Assembly (NCBI GenBank): GCA_023213395.1
Contig: CM041465.1
Coordinates: 189,231,741 to 189,295,740, forward strand
Reading direction: 5' to 3'
Source of the DNA: Cycas panzhihuaensis
Taxonomy: Eukaryota > Plantae > Cycadophyta
Length of the DNA: 64,000 nt
Positions 37,201 through 50,620 of the stretch are shown here, piece by piece. The position numbers and the translations under genes are program-made. The notes under the pieces were generated by a model, which was not told where the DNA came from, did no database searches, and was given only the letters and a program-made list of their open reading frames with translations. Position 1 is the first letter of the stretch, and each line of letters opens with the position of its first letter.

Positions 37201-39639
37201 CTCATATCTCTTACATTAACCCTTAATAACCCTTATTATTAGACTCTTAACATATGTTATTTCATCACTATTATCTACCTATACTACCTCACTCTCAAAT
37301 TTTACCTATTGTATACCCTCTTACTTATTATTGCCTTCAAACCACTCCATAGTCCTTAACCTTAAGCCTAATTTTGTCTCCATCCTTAATGTATTTCTCT
37401 CTTGTGTTCCCTATTAAAGTCCTTATCTATACGAGATTCTTAACATGCCAATCACTCCAAATCTTATCATCCATTCTCTTACCTCATCTCTTAGTTTCTA
37501 AGCTATTATAATCTTCAAAGCATAATTCCTTATTATGCTATGTGGAAACAAGACATAAGATCTCAAACAAGTTGAGTTTACAACATAAAGGTCTTAAAAT
37601 CTTCCACACATAAGATATTATATAAAGATTACCTTAAGTGAATCATTATTGACATAAAGTAGATATATATAGGTTGCTTCTTGAAGGTGATGTAAAGATG
37701 GATTGAGTGCCTATGAGATCATGCCTTTGGCAAGTTATTCATTAAAGATGTATGCTTCTTTGCCATACTTCCTAAGTGACGCTTTTTTAGTCATGGATCC
37801 ATCAAGAGTAGGGCGAAAAAATAAAAAACTTTGTGGGTGAAATAGTTTAAGAAGAAAGGGATTGTAATCAACCTTTATTATTTCAATGATTATTAAATTC
37901 AACTCTATAAAAAGCCTAATATTTTGTCTATTAACATAGGAATTATATTAACCAAAACTTATGATCATTTTTACTTTTCAGAGAATGGATTAATTTCCAT
38001 ATTCAATACTTTGATGCTTGGTATTTGCTTCACTACTCTATATTTATTTGTTATCATTTATCCAACATCTTTATAGGCTATCTATTGCCAATTCATTATT
38101 ATTTTATTGTTTGTGTCTAGTTAGCTCACTTCACTCACTCCTTTTAAGAAAGATTTTCTAGAATGCTTCAATTTTTTATAAGCATCTCTTAAATAATGAA
38201 CTTCTTTTGAAACTAATCCCAACTTATTTCGTGATTGGGGAGGAAGGGAGGGGAGGGGGCAAGGGTCCACCCTAAGAGAATCAAGTCAATGAGGGCTTTA
38301 CATGACAATTCTTAGAAGAAGAGTAGTAGGATGTTAACAATTCTACATATTAATAAAAGAATGACATTTCTTAGACTTAGAAACATAAGTTCATTATTTG
38401 TTCTTATTGGAAGGTTCATTGTGAGAGTTTTTAACAAAACATAATGAAATATGACTATGAGGAAGGACAGTGGAGCAAGGTGTAAGGGTGCAGAAAATGG
38501 TCAAGATTGCAACAGCTAGATCATCTCTCAGGTTATCCAAGTCTTTCCTTTTATCCATATATTTTCTTTGGTTTACTTGAGGCTAAACCTTAGAGGTAAG
38601 AAATAAGTAGGGTTTAGGAAAGTGATTGATCGTATGACACTAAAAACATGCATTGGATATTTTAAGATATTATAAATTTTGAACAACTATTTTTTATCTA
38701 ATGTAAATGTAGATTTCTTCCAAAAGAGATTTAACCAAGCTAGTATTTGTTTAAACTCTAAGATGGGGTTGACCACTAAATTGACATTCTGGATGTTTAT
38801 ATTATAATTGGCTAAGATGAGTGAAAAGACTACCAAGAAATAATTGCAAATATAAGGGAAGGTTAGAAAACTCCATCCCTATAGGGCATTCCAATGCACC
38901 TACTTCATAAAAAACCCCCAAACCACTTTTTAGAATAAGAAGATTTCTAAGACAATACTAGGTTCTATCGTTGAAGATAAGATTTGAAGATTTGCTTGAG
39001 ATGGTGAATCAAATTGAAACACCATCCATTCATGGCTTAGGAATAGAGTGGATTTAATTTTAACATTCATGTCACTTGAAATTAACCATACCCATTGTTT
39101 GAGCATTAACCTTGTAGGTATTCTATCAAGAAAGTAACCAAATAAAATGTAAGAAGAAATAGAACAAATATAAAGATCTACATCAAATCAATCAAGAATT
39201 TTATATAATTTTTTTCTCAAAATTTAGCTTGTGTAGGGTCTAATGATTGTACTTACAAATCATTGTAGTAAAATGAAGGGTTAAAGTCAATTCATCCATG
39301 TTCACCACAACAAAGCATTGACTTATACTCACACACAACATATTTATTATCAGATTATAAGACATGAAGACCATGTTGATTATTTGCATGTTTTGAATAA
39401 AAAGCAATTGTTAGTATACTAAACAATCACCTCAAGAAAAGTGATAAGGAGGGAAATGTGTAAATTAAATTTTCAATGAATTAGCACTAGGTAAAGTGGG
39501 AGGTATGCTATTGATAGGGTGACAAACCTCTCTCAACATAACTAACAAGAATGGAATAACAATAAAAAACCCAAAGAAATGTTATGAATGCCCAACAGTC
39601 ACATCAACTAGAGTAGCATAAAATTTGTCATCTATAAAA

Positions 39640-40800
39640 TGACTACGACATAAATCTTATCTATAGTCATTCTTTCCCTTCATTTGAGTCCACCAACTTT
39701 AGCTACACTCGTTTGTGCTATGTAACTTATTTATTTAAAGAGGAGATGCATAGACTCATGGGACCTCGTGAAATCTTAGTCATCGTTAGTAAGTCCACAT
39801 GAATACGCATATCGTCGTAGGCAGGACAACTTACGGATGGTGGGTTCTACCGCAAGAGACACGTGTTACCTGGAGACGGCATGCTTAGTCGCCTGTTTAG
39901 AACGGGGCGAAAAGGTTATAAATATTTTCATCAGACACCAACATAAAGTGCGCAAACACCAGATGGAACATCACGTGGTATATGTTGTGAACACGGATTC
40001 TTCCCGTTTGAAATACAAAGTTTTCACAAAATACCACTGATCTCTCTCACACACACCATTCATGCATTTCTTTGCCATTGTTCTTGTTAATCGGTATAAA
40101 CCATTTATTTCAAATTAATTAATTAATTTGAAAGTATGATTAATTTTAAAAAGAAGAAAAAAAATAAAATAAAATACTGCATGTAAATCCTCCCCGCTAT
40201 AATTCGCGTAATTTCTCTGTGCAAATGTTGATCGACGACCGGTTTTGCGCCCCGTGTCCAACGATATTGTGGGTATGGAAGAAATCCCTTGTGATGAGAG
40301 GCAATGGTTTCACTGTATAAAATTCCAGTTGCAATATCAACTCTTCTACTTCTGTGGACGAACTCGTTTTCATGGATCGTGCATTCAATCCATTGCTTGA
40401 TCATAATTCAATTTAATGATATTATTCTTTTGCAGCAATAATTTATATTAATGATTAATTAGAGGTACTCTGCGTCTATGAACAGAGAATATACGCTGCC
40501 TCCAGCAGCATCGTTATTTGTTCCTTGCAAAAATATTCGCCGCTATTATTAAAATATTAATGTGGTGGAAATATTTGTGAAATATGTAGTGTAGCAATAC
40601 AAAATGGCTCAAGGTCCAAGAGAGAAGGTGATGGTGGGGGATGACGTATTAAGAGTTGTGGTGCAGCCTGTAACAGATCACGCGTTCGTCGTGTGCCTCA
40701 TTATTATATTCAATCGAATACGCACGGTATGATTTACTGTCCATGAATCTCAATATTCGGCCACCAGACGATACTCAGGGTCCACTCGAGGATCTGAAGG
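39640..40800. promoter_or_regulatory. CpG-retaining island with two G-boxes (CACGTG at 39860 and 39972) and TATA-like motifs (39916, 40095) upstream of the LOR pseudogene
   Basis: Dozens of CG dinucleotides (atcgtcgtagg, ttcgcgta, atcgacgaccgg, cacgcgttcgtcg) against near absence in the flanking kilobases. Confidence 0.65.
40225..40732 (+). pseudogene. LURP-one-related (LOR/DUF567, Tubby C-terminal-like) pseudogene
   Basis: MLIDDRFCAPCPTILWVWKKSLVMRGNGFTV*NSSCNINSSTSVDELVFMDRAFNPLL resembles the LOR motifs YCAPYP and LTVWRKSL..C.GFTVFDS.GNLVFRVDNY...E.VLMD..G.PLL. After an AT-rich intron remnant: VLCVYEQ...VVEIFV. C-terminus VMVGDDVLRVVVQPVTDHAFVVCLIIIFNRI* resembles LG.DVF.LVV.PG.D.AF.MAL.VILD. 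Stop at 40318, one frameshift, internal deletions. Confidence 0.88.
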
Positions 40801-41466
40801 ATATGTAAAATCTGGTAAGTGGTCTTTTTTGGTAGTTGAATAGTGTTTAATAATGTGATTTGTCTTTATTGCAATATATTTATAAAATGTTAGATTTTTT
40901 TAGAAGTAGTGTTCATATTTTTGAATATTTTTCATAAAATAATAATAAAAGTTATAGTCAAAATAAAATTTAATAATAATTTTTAAATATTGTATACTTA
41001 TGGCTATAGAATTAAATTTTATATTATTTTTTCATATGATATTTGCTTGAGATCTAGGATCGCTCAATTCAAAGTCAATATGAAGATGTATGCCATGTTA
41101 TATGTGTCATAATTAGATATCTCATACTTTGAAATTACAATTGGAAAGTACATATTTTTTAAAATGCCTTGGTTAACTAAGTGACGCAGGTAAATAACAA
41201 TCCCTCTCCACCCCTCTTAACACGCTTTTTCTTCAAAACACTAGCATAAGAAAATGATGACATAACTATAATTTGCCTTCCATTTTAAAATAGAGCAAAT
41301 ATATAAAGAGAGATTAGTCGCACTCAATCTACTTTGTTATAATCTAGTCTTCTGTAATGAGAATGGAGTGTAACAAATTTTCCTTCTTAAAATATTTTGC
41401 TCCCAAAGCATTTTTAAATATGAGCTTTAGTAAATGCCATGGATCATCTATTGGAGATTCCTTGCA

Positions 41467-42085
41467 TGTTAATATATAAGACATTGCATATTATAAATTT
41501 TGAGGTTTGCATGTTATGGTTTTTGTCTACTTGAAATCTTATATCTTATTTCTATATTCAATTAGTGCAAATTTAGCTTAAAAGAAGCAAAATAGTTTTG
41601 ATATGAAAAGATAAAGTTTGTATAAATAAGAAGAGTGAAACAAATAATATGATTGGGCTCTCATATGGACAATGGTTTAGGTGGAGATCTATGAAAAGGG
41701 TATGCCAAAATTGATATTTAAGTTAGTTAGCATAAATAGAGAACAAGAAATAGAAGATATAAAAGAAATCTTGTATAAGCAAGTGGTATACATATTAGAA
41801 TAATGAATTTTATAAAGGTTAATATAATGTTTAATTAATGGTTAAGTTATAATTGGTCAATGTAAAAAGACTCTCATAAATGATTTTATTGGTTAATGAT
41901 GAGGTGGCACAATTATATAAAAACAATGTATATTATATAGTAAAATAGATTATCGAATTTCTCTTGTGAGATTATAATGATTTATTATGAGAACTTATTA
42001 ATTATCATTCATTAAAATGACATCTCATATATTTTTGGAGGAAGATTTTACCATTCATGGATTTTTTATGTTAAACATGGTATCA
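41467..42085 (+). mobile_element. Candidate LTR (end at 42077) plus interrupted PBS of another element
   Basis: ...tatgttaaaCA immediately followed by TGGTATCA (42078). The start tgttaatata at 41467 is tentative. Confidence 0.4.
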
Positions 42086-42090
42086 TATGT

Positions 42091-42361
42091 TGTTAGATAT
42101 GGTGAACACTTTATAAGGTGTTACATAAGTATAAGTGTTACACTTAAATTAAATTAGCAAGGCTTAAGTTTATGATCCTAGCTAAGGGGTTTGGGGTGCT
42201 AGCAGCACCTAAGGTGGGGATTTGGAGGGCAAAAAACCTCAAGAATTTTTTTTTGAGGGTCTTATGAGGTCTTTCTAGCCTATGGTTTTTTAACCATTAC
42301 ATTATAATATGACCAATTAATATCTTATAAAATTATGGTTTTATATCCTTTCATATCAACA
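42091..42361. mobile_element. Solo LTR (271 bp) with 5-bp TSD
   Basis: TGTTAGATATG...CATATCAACA inverted termini; flanks tatgt / catgt; contains the GC-rich ggggt..ggggtg..agc..cc motif also present in the Tork-like LTRs. Confidence 0.75.
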
Positions 42362-42387
42362 CATGTGAAAAGGTTTGAGAGAATACA

Positions 42388-44846
42388 TGATTAAGTATGC
42401 ACAAACATTGAACCAACATCTGATAGGATATAAACCTCATGCTAACATTAGCTTAACCACTTAAAGTAAAACAGTCTATCACAAACTGATAATTACTTAT
42501 ACAAACAAGCTCAAAATAGTAATTTTGAACTCTTCAACTTATATGTCTGATGTAAAAACACTAATATATTAAATAAAAATACTATTTTATAATATAATAA
42601 ACTAGACTTTTAATAATGAATATGCAATGATTAATGCCATAGTTTATTTGCCCTATAGCTCGCTATCTCCATAAAACTCATCTCTTCTCAGCCTTTCTAT
42701 CAATCAGTGAAAAACACTACCTTAATAACACTTGCCCATTAATCATGCTCCTCTTAACAATTAGTGAAATTTCATTGTTATTGATAATTCACCAATTAAT
42801 CACACCCTGATATCAATTAATGATAATTCACTACTATTGATAACTCATACCCAACAAATTCTTTTATGTAAACACATATAAGAAGAGCTTCACATCACCA
42901 CATATCATCAAACAATCACCAACTAAATGTGCCTAAAAATCTCACTTTGCCACATCACCTCATATAATCATCAAATCACTCATTTCTCCATTAAACAACA
43001 TGTTATCACTCAATCACCATAATCTCCAAAACATTGCAATATACCCACTTGATCCAAGCACTATATCTAATGATCTTGAAAAGGACTATTTAATATATCA
43101 AAGGCCACAGTAAGGCCACTTAATATATTGAAATAACCTTAATACAACTTAAGATATGACTTTAATACAAAGGGCAAAATTCACAATAAATAAGAGACTT
43201 AATATGGATGATAGGTAATTTGATATATCATAATGTAATTTGAAATATGTCAAATGATGCGATATCAATATCAAAAAAATATCAATGCCACTTTAAAAAG
43301 GCATCAAATATATTTAAACATATATTAAAAGTGATCTTACTATATCAGTCGATTGACTTCCTTTGACAAAGGGTGATAATATTTCAATGATGAACAACAA
43401 AATTATTAAAGGTAATTTTATAGTGATAAAAAAACACACATTGACTTAATAAATCATTGAGTAATGAAATAAATCATTTGTGACTGTGATGATCATAATA
43501 TGCAACAATGAATTCATTATTAACTAGATGACTAAATGAATACTTCATTCATGTGATTGGACTAGGTGACATTGATAAAGCAATAATAGTGATTGATTAC
43601 AATATAAATGGCGATAGATAAATCACACAACAACTTCACAAATCATAGGTGACAAAATATAATTGAAAATTACCTTGAATTTTTAGTTGTTAAAATTACG
43701 ACACTTCATCGTTATGTCTGCAATGAACAAATGTTATAATATTCCTTTCATGACTGCATTATTTAAATTCTTACATTTGTAATCTATGGTATTTGCATTT
43801 GCAACTCTCAATAACCCATTTACTCTATATGAAATATAAACACTCTTGCATATCTGAAGCCCATGATGGCATAAAGAATGGCTCTACACTCATGCTTTTA
43901 TGACTCTACAACATCAACACAATATGCATCTGTTCTCAATTAGCTTCAATCTATAATGCTCTCATTCACCATATATAGATCTGGTAGGTTATATATCTCT
44001 TAGCAGACAACTAAGCAAATAGATCAATAAGCATCTACACATCTACATGATGTGACTTAGTTCTCCATTGTATCACAATAACTAGTCAGATTCATCCATG
44101 TGATCTGTATTTTCTCAATGCAAATATTCATTATTTGTAATATGTGCTTCAGTGGTCAATATTGAAGATGTTCCTATGACTCTCCTATAATCATTCTTCT
44201 AAGTCTATATTTATGTACAGGTGATTGTAATCAATATGACCTACATTTCTACTCATGTAATACAAATAATAGAGGTATATTCATGATCAAAAGGGCTATG
44301 TTCTTTTGTCTTCAGGCTTCTCTTCCATGGTCTGATAATCCTAATGGCATCTCTCTTTGTAATGGTGGCCTCATCTCTTCACGTAGCCTAATCTATGATC
44401 ATAACTATATCTAGTAATCAACCTCTCTACCCAACAGACAATTAGCAATGATTCACCTCACAGATCTTCTTTATAATCTCTTTTAATAGTTGTAAACTTA
44501 GTGGCACCTTGAATAACAAACTTGACGGCTTCTACACGTTTAAAATGAATAATATGACTAGTAGTTGAATAACCAAGGGCTACATATTCAAAAATAGGGG
44601 GCACTAACACCTACACAAACCAACACAACCTATTCTACTCATTTGCACAACTTTAAGGACCATAGAATCCTTGTAGAATTAAAAATAGAAAGCACCATGA
44701 TCTGCATATAATCATTACACTACCATGGTTTTTCTTTTAGTTGTCCGATAAGTTGATCCTTAAAGGGTAAACTAGCATTACCTAATAACCAATAATCGAA
44801 TGATCTGCCCAATATTTACCTAATTTTGCACCTTGCTCTAATACCT
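42388..44846 (-). mobile_element. Second, tandem copy of the non-coding internal region of the outer copia (PBS at 44835-44846)
   Basis: Colinear with 58462-60927 over ~2.45 kb (e.g. ttatgtaaacacatataagaagagcttcacatcaccacatat identical in both). PBS reverse complement aggtattagagc abuts LTR 44847-45164. Confidence 0.9.
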
Positions 44847-45164
44847 TATTAGCAAACACCAAATTAACAGATCAGATGCCAAGATTGTTTATGTATACAA
44901 AAGACTTGAATAGAACAAGGATATGGGATAAATAAATTTGACATAGGAACCCTTTCAAGAAAAAGCTAACACGAAAATATATTATCACATTTTTATAAAT
45001 TTACATTATTATATTATAATAGACTTTGATTTATATTTATAGATTGTAAGTGCCTCAAATATTAATATTTGGATTAGATTTGTGGCACATAATATCATAA
45101 TATTACATCAATATATTTACCACTTTTATATTAATTAACTAACTAATATAATATCACTCTATTA
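44847..45164 (-). repeat. Shared LTR (3' LTR of one copy, 5' LTR of the tandem copy)
   Basis: Homologous to 60928-61258; PPT on one side, PBS on the other. Confidence 0.85.
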
Positions 45165-46169
45165 TCCCCTCTTAATATAAATGTGGGATCTTAAAGACTT
45201 CCTAGGGATTTATCTATTTCTTTATCCTTGTTAATAAATCTCCCTTTGAGGATAACCTCGCTAAATCTTAAACTTTCATGAACATTGATAAAGCAATCTT
45301 TAGTAATATCTTAGTGAACATGTCCTTAAGTTGATCTTTACTTGGAAAAATCTCAACCTGTGTCTTCCCTGATATAATCTACTCTCAAATGTAATGATAT
45401 TATACCTTATATGTACATGGTTCTTTAAAAATAACTCTAATAGTCTCCATAACCATACAACTCTCTCTCTTACTAATACTTAGTCCATGATACTCAATCT
45501 TTTTTCTTCACTAAATTAAGAGGTTGAGCCACTTGAGCCATATAGTTCTTCTCTTTAAGTCTTTGTTAAGGAATATTAACCTCTTATTCCTTTGATATGA
45601 CTCCCAACTATATGTAGCTACCAAAGTAAGGATCAATTAGACTAATAATAACATAGAGACTAGTGTAAAAGTCTCCTCATAATTGATTCCTTCTTTCTAC
45701 TTGAAATCTTGTGTATCAAGTCTTAACAACTTGTAAACCAACCAGGTTCTAAGATGATTCATCTTGTAGGTGATCCTTGGTATAATAGAAGAATAGTAAT
45801 TCACAACTACTTTATTCAAACTAACAAAAATAAACAGATTATTAAAAGAATCTCATAAAATACAAGAGTGCCAATTGATCATTAAATAAAAGTACCCAAG
45901 TATATTCTCTTTTAAAAGTAATATCAAGCTAACTATCTTTTATAGTATATGACTCTTATATAGACAAAAGAGAGTCTTTCCCATGCAATCTTATTAGTAG
46001 CTTAGGCAATATTAGATTCTATTAAATAACATAACTGCCTTGCATACCATTGGCCAGATTATCAACTCGTATGCTAAGTTCCATAACTAACCTTATCACT
46101 TAACCTTATGGTAGCTCTTCATGTATTAATGCTTTATATAACTTAGCGAGATGAGTTATGTAATAAGTC

Positions 46170-49100
46170 CCCTCCCTTGAGATATTAAGCGCTTGAGCCA
46201 TTTAAAATGAGGGTACTTCTTGATGAAATTACCAGATTCCCAAGTTATTTCATTAGAGGCGCAACCTACCCACTATATTAAATATTGTAAAATTAATTAA
46301 TTCTGGAGATGGTATTGTCTACTAGATAGTATGTGTTCTATAGGTATAGTTAGGGATTGCTCTTCATCTAAAATTGGTAGGGTTATCTAGGGGATATGGG
46401 TTTTACTTAGATACTTTCAAGGATAGGAAACGTAAAAAGCATTATGGTTGTTGGTGGTAGGGGGAAGGTTGAGGGTGTATGTAACTTCACTAATATATTT
46501 GACAACTTTATAGGGGACATAATATTGAAGACTAAGTTTGTGATTCTTATGATGGCAAAGAGAGTATTTCTTATAAGGTTATAGATGAAGGAATACAATA
46601 TAACCAATATTGAAGGGGCAATCAAAATGATGGCAATTTGCTAATTATTTCATTTTATTCTAGGCCATGGATATGTTTTGTTTAAGGTTATAGAGAATAT
46701 GATCTATGTGTTATAATTTTTATTGTACTACTCCCGTGCGAAGGTTGGTGACCAAGATATCATAGGAAGGTGGGGGATATCTATAGTAGCCAAAAGTGGG
46801 GATATTCAAATGGTTGAATGATGTGATAAGTTGTACAAATACTCAACCAAGGCTAGTTATGTTATCTATTTAGATTGGTAGTCAGATGCAAAGTAATATA
46901 AGTAAGTCTCTAGAGTTTTATTAAGGACCTCTGATTGGCCATCAGTCTAGGGGTGATATGTTGAGCTCATATTAAACAATATTCTTACGGCACAAAATAG
47001 CTCTTGCAAGAAGAAGTTAGTAAATCTAAGATCTTAGTCGCACATGATAGTGGATGGGAAACGATGTAAGTAGAATATTATTTGGAGGTAAATATTAGTA
47101 ATTCATAATTCCTTATATATTGTATGTATAGGTAAGAAGTGGGTGTATTTTATGAACCTATCTATGACTACTAAAATAAAGTCATACCAGACAGATAATT
47201 GTAGGCCCATTATAAAATTCATGGCAATATCTTGCTACTTTCCTTGGAGGATCTGTAAAGGTTGAAGGAGACCTAGTTAAGGTTTCATGTTAGCTTTGTT
47301 ATGCTGACATGTGTCACATGTAGAGATAAAGGTAAGGATGGTAGATTTCATTTCTAGCTAAAAGAAGTTGGATTGTATCTTATGGTAAGTTTAATCAAAA
47401 TTAGAATGGCCATCGAGAGGGAAAGAATGATATTATGATAAAATCTAAGAAATGAAAGCTGAGTGGGGGTGTACATATATATGGTTTTAGTGTAAGAGAA
47501 GATTGTTATGGATGGATCAATCTTTATGAGTATGGACCTTATCAACCCATTATGAAAAGTCTATTTAGGATTGGTTAGCCATAGTTAAGTCTTGTATCCA
47601 TATCGTTTGTGGGGAAGAGATGGCATGGATGATGGGGTCCTCAATGTGAAATGCATTGTCATCAAGCATAAGGGAGGGTAGCTAAGAGAGGGCATCTGCC
47701 ATAATGTTATTTTTTCCCTCTTTGTATATGATTATAAAGTCAAACGTTTGAAGGAAATCAACCCATTTGGCCTACTCATTCGAGAGGACTAGTTGGTCTA
47801 ATAAGCGACGAAGGCTATGATGATTGGTAAGGATAGTAAATTTAGAACCAAGTAGATATTGCCACCATTTATCGATAGCATGAAGGATGGTCTACATTTC
47901 TTTTTAATAGGTAGACAGTCTACACTTATGCTCCTTGAGTTTTTAACTTTCAAAAGTAATGGGGTGGAAGAGGCAATGTATTCTAGTTAGAATGTCTGAG
48001 TAAAGTTAAGTGAGGCCAAAATTAAAGTGGTTGTCATGACCTCTTTTAGATAGAGGAAGGCCTCATTGACTAAGGGAGACCATTGAAAGGAATCTTTCTT
48101 AAGTAGGTGGATTAAAGGGGTAGCTAAGGTGGCATAATTTCGATCAAACTAATGATAAAATCTACTAAGCCCTAAGAAGGTTGGCAATAAGGTAAGGATT
48201 TTAGGGGTTGGCTAATCGATGATGATAAAAAATTTATCAGGATCCACCCAAACCCTTGTAAATGATATAATGTGACCAAGGTATTGCAATTCAGATTTTC
48301 CAAACTCATATTTAGAGAGTTTGACATATAACTTATTATTGGTCATGATTTGAAGAACAATTTCTAAATGTAGGATATGAGCAACTATGTCTGAGCTATA
48401 GAGAAGAATATCATCGAAGAAGATGATAATAATTTTTTGTAGGTATGAGGAAATGATTTTATTCATAAGGACTTAGAAGATAATCAAAGCATTATATAGG
48501 CCAAAGGGCATGACTTAGAACTCAAAGTGGGTATGGTGGGTTTGAAAAGTCATTTTATATTGATCCTCCTGCAAGATGGGGATTTGATAATATCCTAACT
48601 ATAGATCGAGTTTCGTAAAAAGCACTACACCACGGATCTCATCTAATATGTCATCGATTCATGGCATAGGAAACTTATTTTTTATGGCAATTTTATTTAA
48701 TACATTATAATCGGCATAAAAGTAAAAAAGAGCTATTTTTTTTATGAACTAGAATGATGGGTGTAGTGTACGGGCTCTTATTAGGTTGAATGATGCCCAT
48801 GTCCATTAGTTCCTTGGTGATTTTTTTTATTTTATTCTTTTGAAAGTATGAATTCCTATATGGTCAAAGACTAATTAGGTTGCGTGAATTTTATAGCTCA
48901 ATAGTATAATAACAACCTCAATCAAGTGGGGGACTAGTAGGTATCAAAGCAAATATTGATTGGTATCGATCTAATACTTGCTAGATGTCAGGGTAAATGC
49001 GTAAGGGGCCCTAGATATGGTTGAGACATATGATATATGCTATATTACTATTGAGTTGTCAATGCATTTAGGTGGGTGGGATTACTTTATTGGGAGGGCC

Positions 49101-50620
49101 TTACATCCCATAAAGTTTATATGAGTAACTTATGTGATCTTTGAACATAATGAATATGGTTATAGATGAGTTATTAGTGTTATAGGTTCCTAGTATCTGG
49201 AGCCATTGTACACCAAGAATTGCATCTAACCAACATATAGATAAGGCATAAAAATTAGAGACAAGGGTATATAAGCCAATATAATCTATGAGGTTTTTAA
49301 TTATTCTTGCATAGTGAAGGGTGTGATGACCAGGTAAGGAGTAGGTGAATCATGTCTTAGGTTCTATGTAAAGATTCATTTAGCAAGCAAGGGATATATC
49401 AATGAAATTTAGTGATGTGCCACCATTAATTAAAATGGTGATTAATATTTTTTGAAGTTTTCCTTTAACCTAGACTGGTTTAGGGCATGAGGTGGAGGTA
49501 ATAGCCAATAAGGAAACTTTAGGTTTAAGATTAGTGGCAAACGCATCAGTAAAGTAGTCTTAGGGATCATCATCATATTTGTGCTCAATCTCAAGGTCAT
49601 CTTCTAGAGATAAGTTAGGATCAATTATAAACACCATCTTCTTGGCTTTATAGATTTTGTCATGACCAAAGGTCCACTTTTTAGAGCATTACATATATAG
49701 ATCAACTTCTTGATCTTATACCTCTACTTGAGTGATGTGAATATATTTTGAGAATGGTTCCTTAGTGCAGTGCTTGAGAGATATAAATTGTGGGTCTTCT
49801 AGTTATGGGTATAATCATTGGTAGTCTATTAGATGTGGTCTTTAGGGCTAGGCAATCTCTCATTGATAATTAGCTTATTGGGATCATTAAAACTAGTTGG
49901 AATCCCATTTAAATGGAGGATGCCTTTCTAAGGTAAATTTTGCTTCAACTGCTTTAGCCATATTGATTGTGTCCTTTAGAGTAGGTAGGGATACTATCTT
50001 TAGGTATATTTGGATGTGCTCTTTGAGCCTAGATATATATGTATCTATCTCTCTTTATTTATCAAGTTATTAATCAACTCAATTATATAGAGATTAAAAC
50101 TTATTAGTGTATACCTTAATCAAGGATACTTATTTTAAATATGTTAATTGGGTGAAGAAAGATTGGTTTTAGGTATCTTTATATTGCTTAAAGTAATAGC
50201 TAGAGAAGTGGGTCTAAGACTGACTAGAAGGGTGTTCTTGTTTCTACTATTGAAACCAATGGTGTGCCTTTTTATCTAAATGGATGGAAGCAAATATAAG
50301 TTGTTCATTAACTGACATTAGGTTAAGCATAAAATAGGACTCTAATTTACTTATTTGGCTTTATACGCTATCCTTATTGAGGTCATGATTAAATGTATGA
50401 TGAAACAACTACTGTTGACATGGAGGCAAAGTTAGTATTTACTATAGTGCAGGGTTGACTTATGTGGAGGTGCCTAGTAACTAGGAAAAGATGTTTGATA
50501 TCTGTTGTATTATCTAGTTCATATTAGACTTGGATGCAAGAGTTGACATGTCTATTTTAACTTCCTATTATATGGTAGCTACTTCATTTTTAACCTCCTG
50601 ATGCATGTTGTTTATCTCTT
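46170..50620 (-). pseudogene. gag-pol with C-terminal chromodomain (decayed)
   Basis: RT IFFDDILLYS...LYVKLSKYEFGKSELQYLGHIIS; RH KWWQYLLGSKFTILTNHHSL; INT LFNMSSTYHP*TDGQSEVLNKTLETYL; chromodomain LQYLI*WVGCASNEITWES..IKKYPHF running into the PPT. Confidence 0.92.

Noticed and set aside
40123-40404. Minus-strand 93-aa and 63-aa ORFs, and plus-strand 39837-40040
   Set aside because: The minus-strand ORFs are antisense shadows of the LOR exon. The upstream ORF has no recognisable homology and overlaps promoter-like motifs.
39640-40800. miRNA hairpin, or Pack-MULE/Helitron capture, as the explanation for the CpG island
   Set aside because: I found no long fold-back, no known mature miRNA, and no flanking TIR/TSD or Helitron end by eye.
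37773-41188. Shared ctaagtgacgc (TGACG, TGA/as-1-like) on both sides of the LOR island
   Set aside because: Only an 11-bp match with no extended homology; could be chance.
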